Origin: Girardia tigrina
Taxonomy: Eukaryota
Reading direction: 5' to 3'
Assembly (NCBI GenBank): GCA_001938485.1
Contig: MQRK01232656.1
Location: forward strand, 1-64,000
DNA: 64,000 nt
Part shown: piece by piece, positions 62,398-64,000 of the stretch
Layout of the letters: each line of letters starts with the position of its first letter
Numbering within the stretch: position 1 is the stretch's first letter
Translations under genes and position numbers: made by a program
The notes under the pieces: model-generated
Told to the model about the DNA's origin: nothing
Databases searched by the model: none
What the model saw: the letters and a program-made list of their open reading frames with translations, nothing else

Positions 62398-63666
62398 CAG
62401 GGTTTTTCAAAACTATAGTCTACGAAGTAAATAAATTGTAATAAATAAATTAAATTTATTAAAAAAATCAAACACATATATTAACAAGTTACAGGATTTT
62501 ATTCCAATTGTTCTTTTCTTTGGGCCTTTTCAAGCCAAGAGCTCATGTGTCGATAAAATCCAGCACATTCCACTGAATAGTCATGCTCAGATGAAAGAAC
62601 TGCTTGAATACATTCAGGAATAGTCTTATCAGGGTTAAGTATTTTATAAGAGTAATAACTGGATTTGATCACGGAAAAGAATTCCTCAATTGGATTCAGC
62701 TGTGGAGAATATGGTGGGATAAATTTAAATTGAATATTTTTTTCTCTTAAAAATGCTAATACTGATTTAGATTTATGAAATCGAACATTGTCCATTACAA
62801 GAACATAATTTTGATTAAAATGAAAAAAAAACGGAACTAGTTTTTCAGAAATGAATGAAGTGAAGGATTCTGAATCATAAGCACCAAGCTTGACCTCCAA
62901 AGCAATGAGTCCATTAATTCCAATAGCACACATAAGACTATTATTCACGTTCCAGTTTGCTGGAACTGTCTTAAAAACCTTCATGTTCACAAGCGAATAG
63001 TCATACGAACGAGTAGACTGTTGATTGAAACATCTCTCGCCGAGAAAAATAAGATGATCTTGAGGAATGTTTGAAAGTTGTGCAACATAACCAGCACGAA
63101 TTTCCAAGTTGCTTTCACTGTTCCGTTCGGCAGGAACATATGAAAAACGCTAGCGAGAAATCTTGGCCTTTTTCAGTTGTTTGCTGATATTTGATAATGA
63201 CATTCTTCGACCATTATTAATCTCAACCAAATCGGCAAGTTCGCGTAGAACCAGCTCATTGTTAGAAACAACTGCATTCACAATGTTCTGGTCAAATTTT
63301 CTGGCAGCTCTTGCCTTTTGGATCATTGTTTAATGGAATTTATCTTTGGCTGGTTTAAAGGTTTTACCTTCAAGGTAATTTGAAATATGACACCGAACTG
63401 TTTTTACTGACAGGCGTAATGATCTTGCAATGACTGGTGTCGTAGCACCTTGTTCATATTGACTGTTTTATAATGAATATAACTCGGTTGATACTGTATT
63501 CCTGTCTTTTCTTGCCATAGAACGTAATTTACAATTTTTGTAAAATGGCGGGAAAAGTCAATAAATATTGATTAAGCTTTAATTTTTGATATATACATGA
63601 TATAATTTATTTACTTTATTTCCTATAATTTATTTACTTCGTGGACTATAGTTTTGAAAAACCATG
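62398..63666 (-). mobile_element. IS630/Tc1 DD34E element (DDE_3-type), inactivated
   Basis: TIRs cagggtttttcaaaactatagtctacgaagtaaataaatt / aatttatttacttcgtggactatagttttgaaaaaccatg; TA TSD. Transposase 63518-62499 has stops and VMDNVRFHK..PPYSPQLNPIEEFF (34 residues between D and E); the first Asp is replaced (IFLGE). Confidence 0.9.
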
Positions 63667-64000
63667 TAATTAGAACTTGTTCAATAGGGAATAAATAGAG
63701 TACTTTGGAAGTTCTGTTTAGTGTTCAAATAATATTTTAAATTGCTTTTAAGTAAAATATAATGAAGAAAAAGGGATATGCAATAACTAACGTGGTGCGC
63801 TCAATAAGAACCCGACCTGAGGTAAAAAATGAAATAGCAAATTTTAGTTTTTTTCTGTGATGAAATAAATCAATACAGGTTTTAATTTCAGTAATTGTTT
63901 TATTTTATCAAACAAAATAAAATTTTTATAGCAACATTCTGATGACGTTTTTTTCATACGTCGAATATCGTTGAGTTATCAAGTTCTTTGTGTTGATGGA

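Overview
This is very AT-rich eukaryotic (animal-like) genomic DNA with three N gaps. It holds three spliced host genes, all on the + strand. Two are paralogous 4-exon sigma-like glutathione S-transferases (3972-4721 and 26036-27445, 201 aa each) sharing a strongly conserved upstream region. The third is a large SOGA/MTCL-family coiled-coil gene (at least 20 exons from 35489, continuing past the window end). Host introns are bimodal: most are 42-57 bp, and a few are expanded to 0.7-6.9 kb by transposons. Most other recognisable sequence is decayed, often nested transposable elements: Gypsy/Mag LTR elements, two families of putative solo LTRs with 5-bp TSDs, Penelope-like elements with hammerhead-ribozyme motifs, Chapaev3-like, several hAT, piggyBac, MULE, pogo, Tc1/mariner and Helentron-like elements. 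I found no rRNA, tRNA or CRISPR array, and no clearly new multi-gene system. The best leads are (i) a 7-copy family of divergent solo-LTR-like elements with a conserved ~100-nt end, four with exact TSDs, (ii) the Penelope hammerheads, (iii) an intron-bearing, GC-richer Tc1 element and (iv) the conserved GST promoter blocks. All family assignments come from motif recognition by eye, not database searches.
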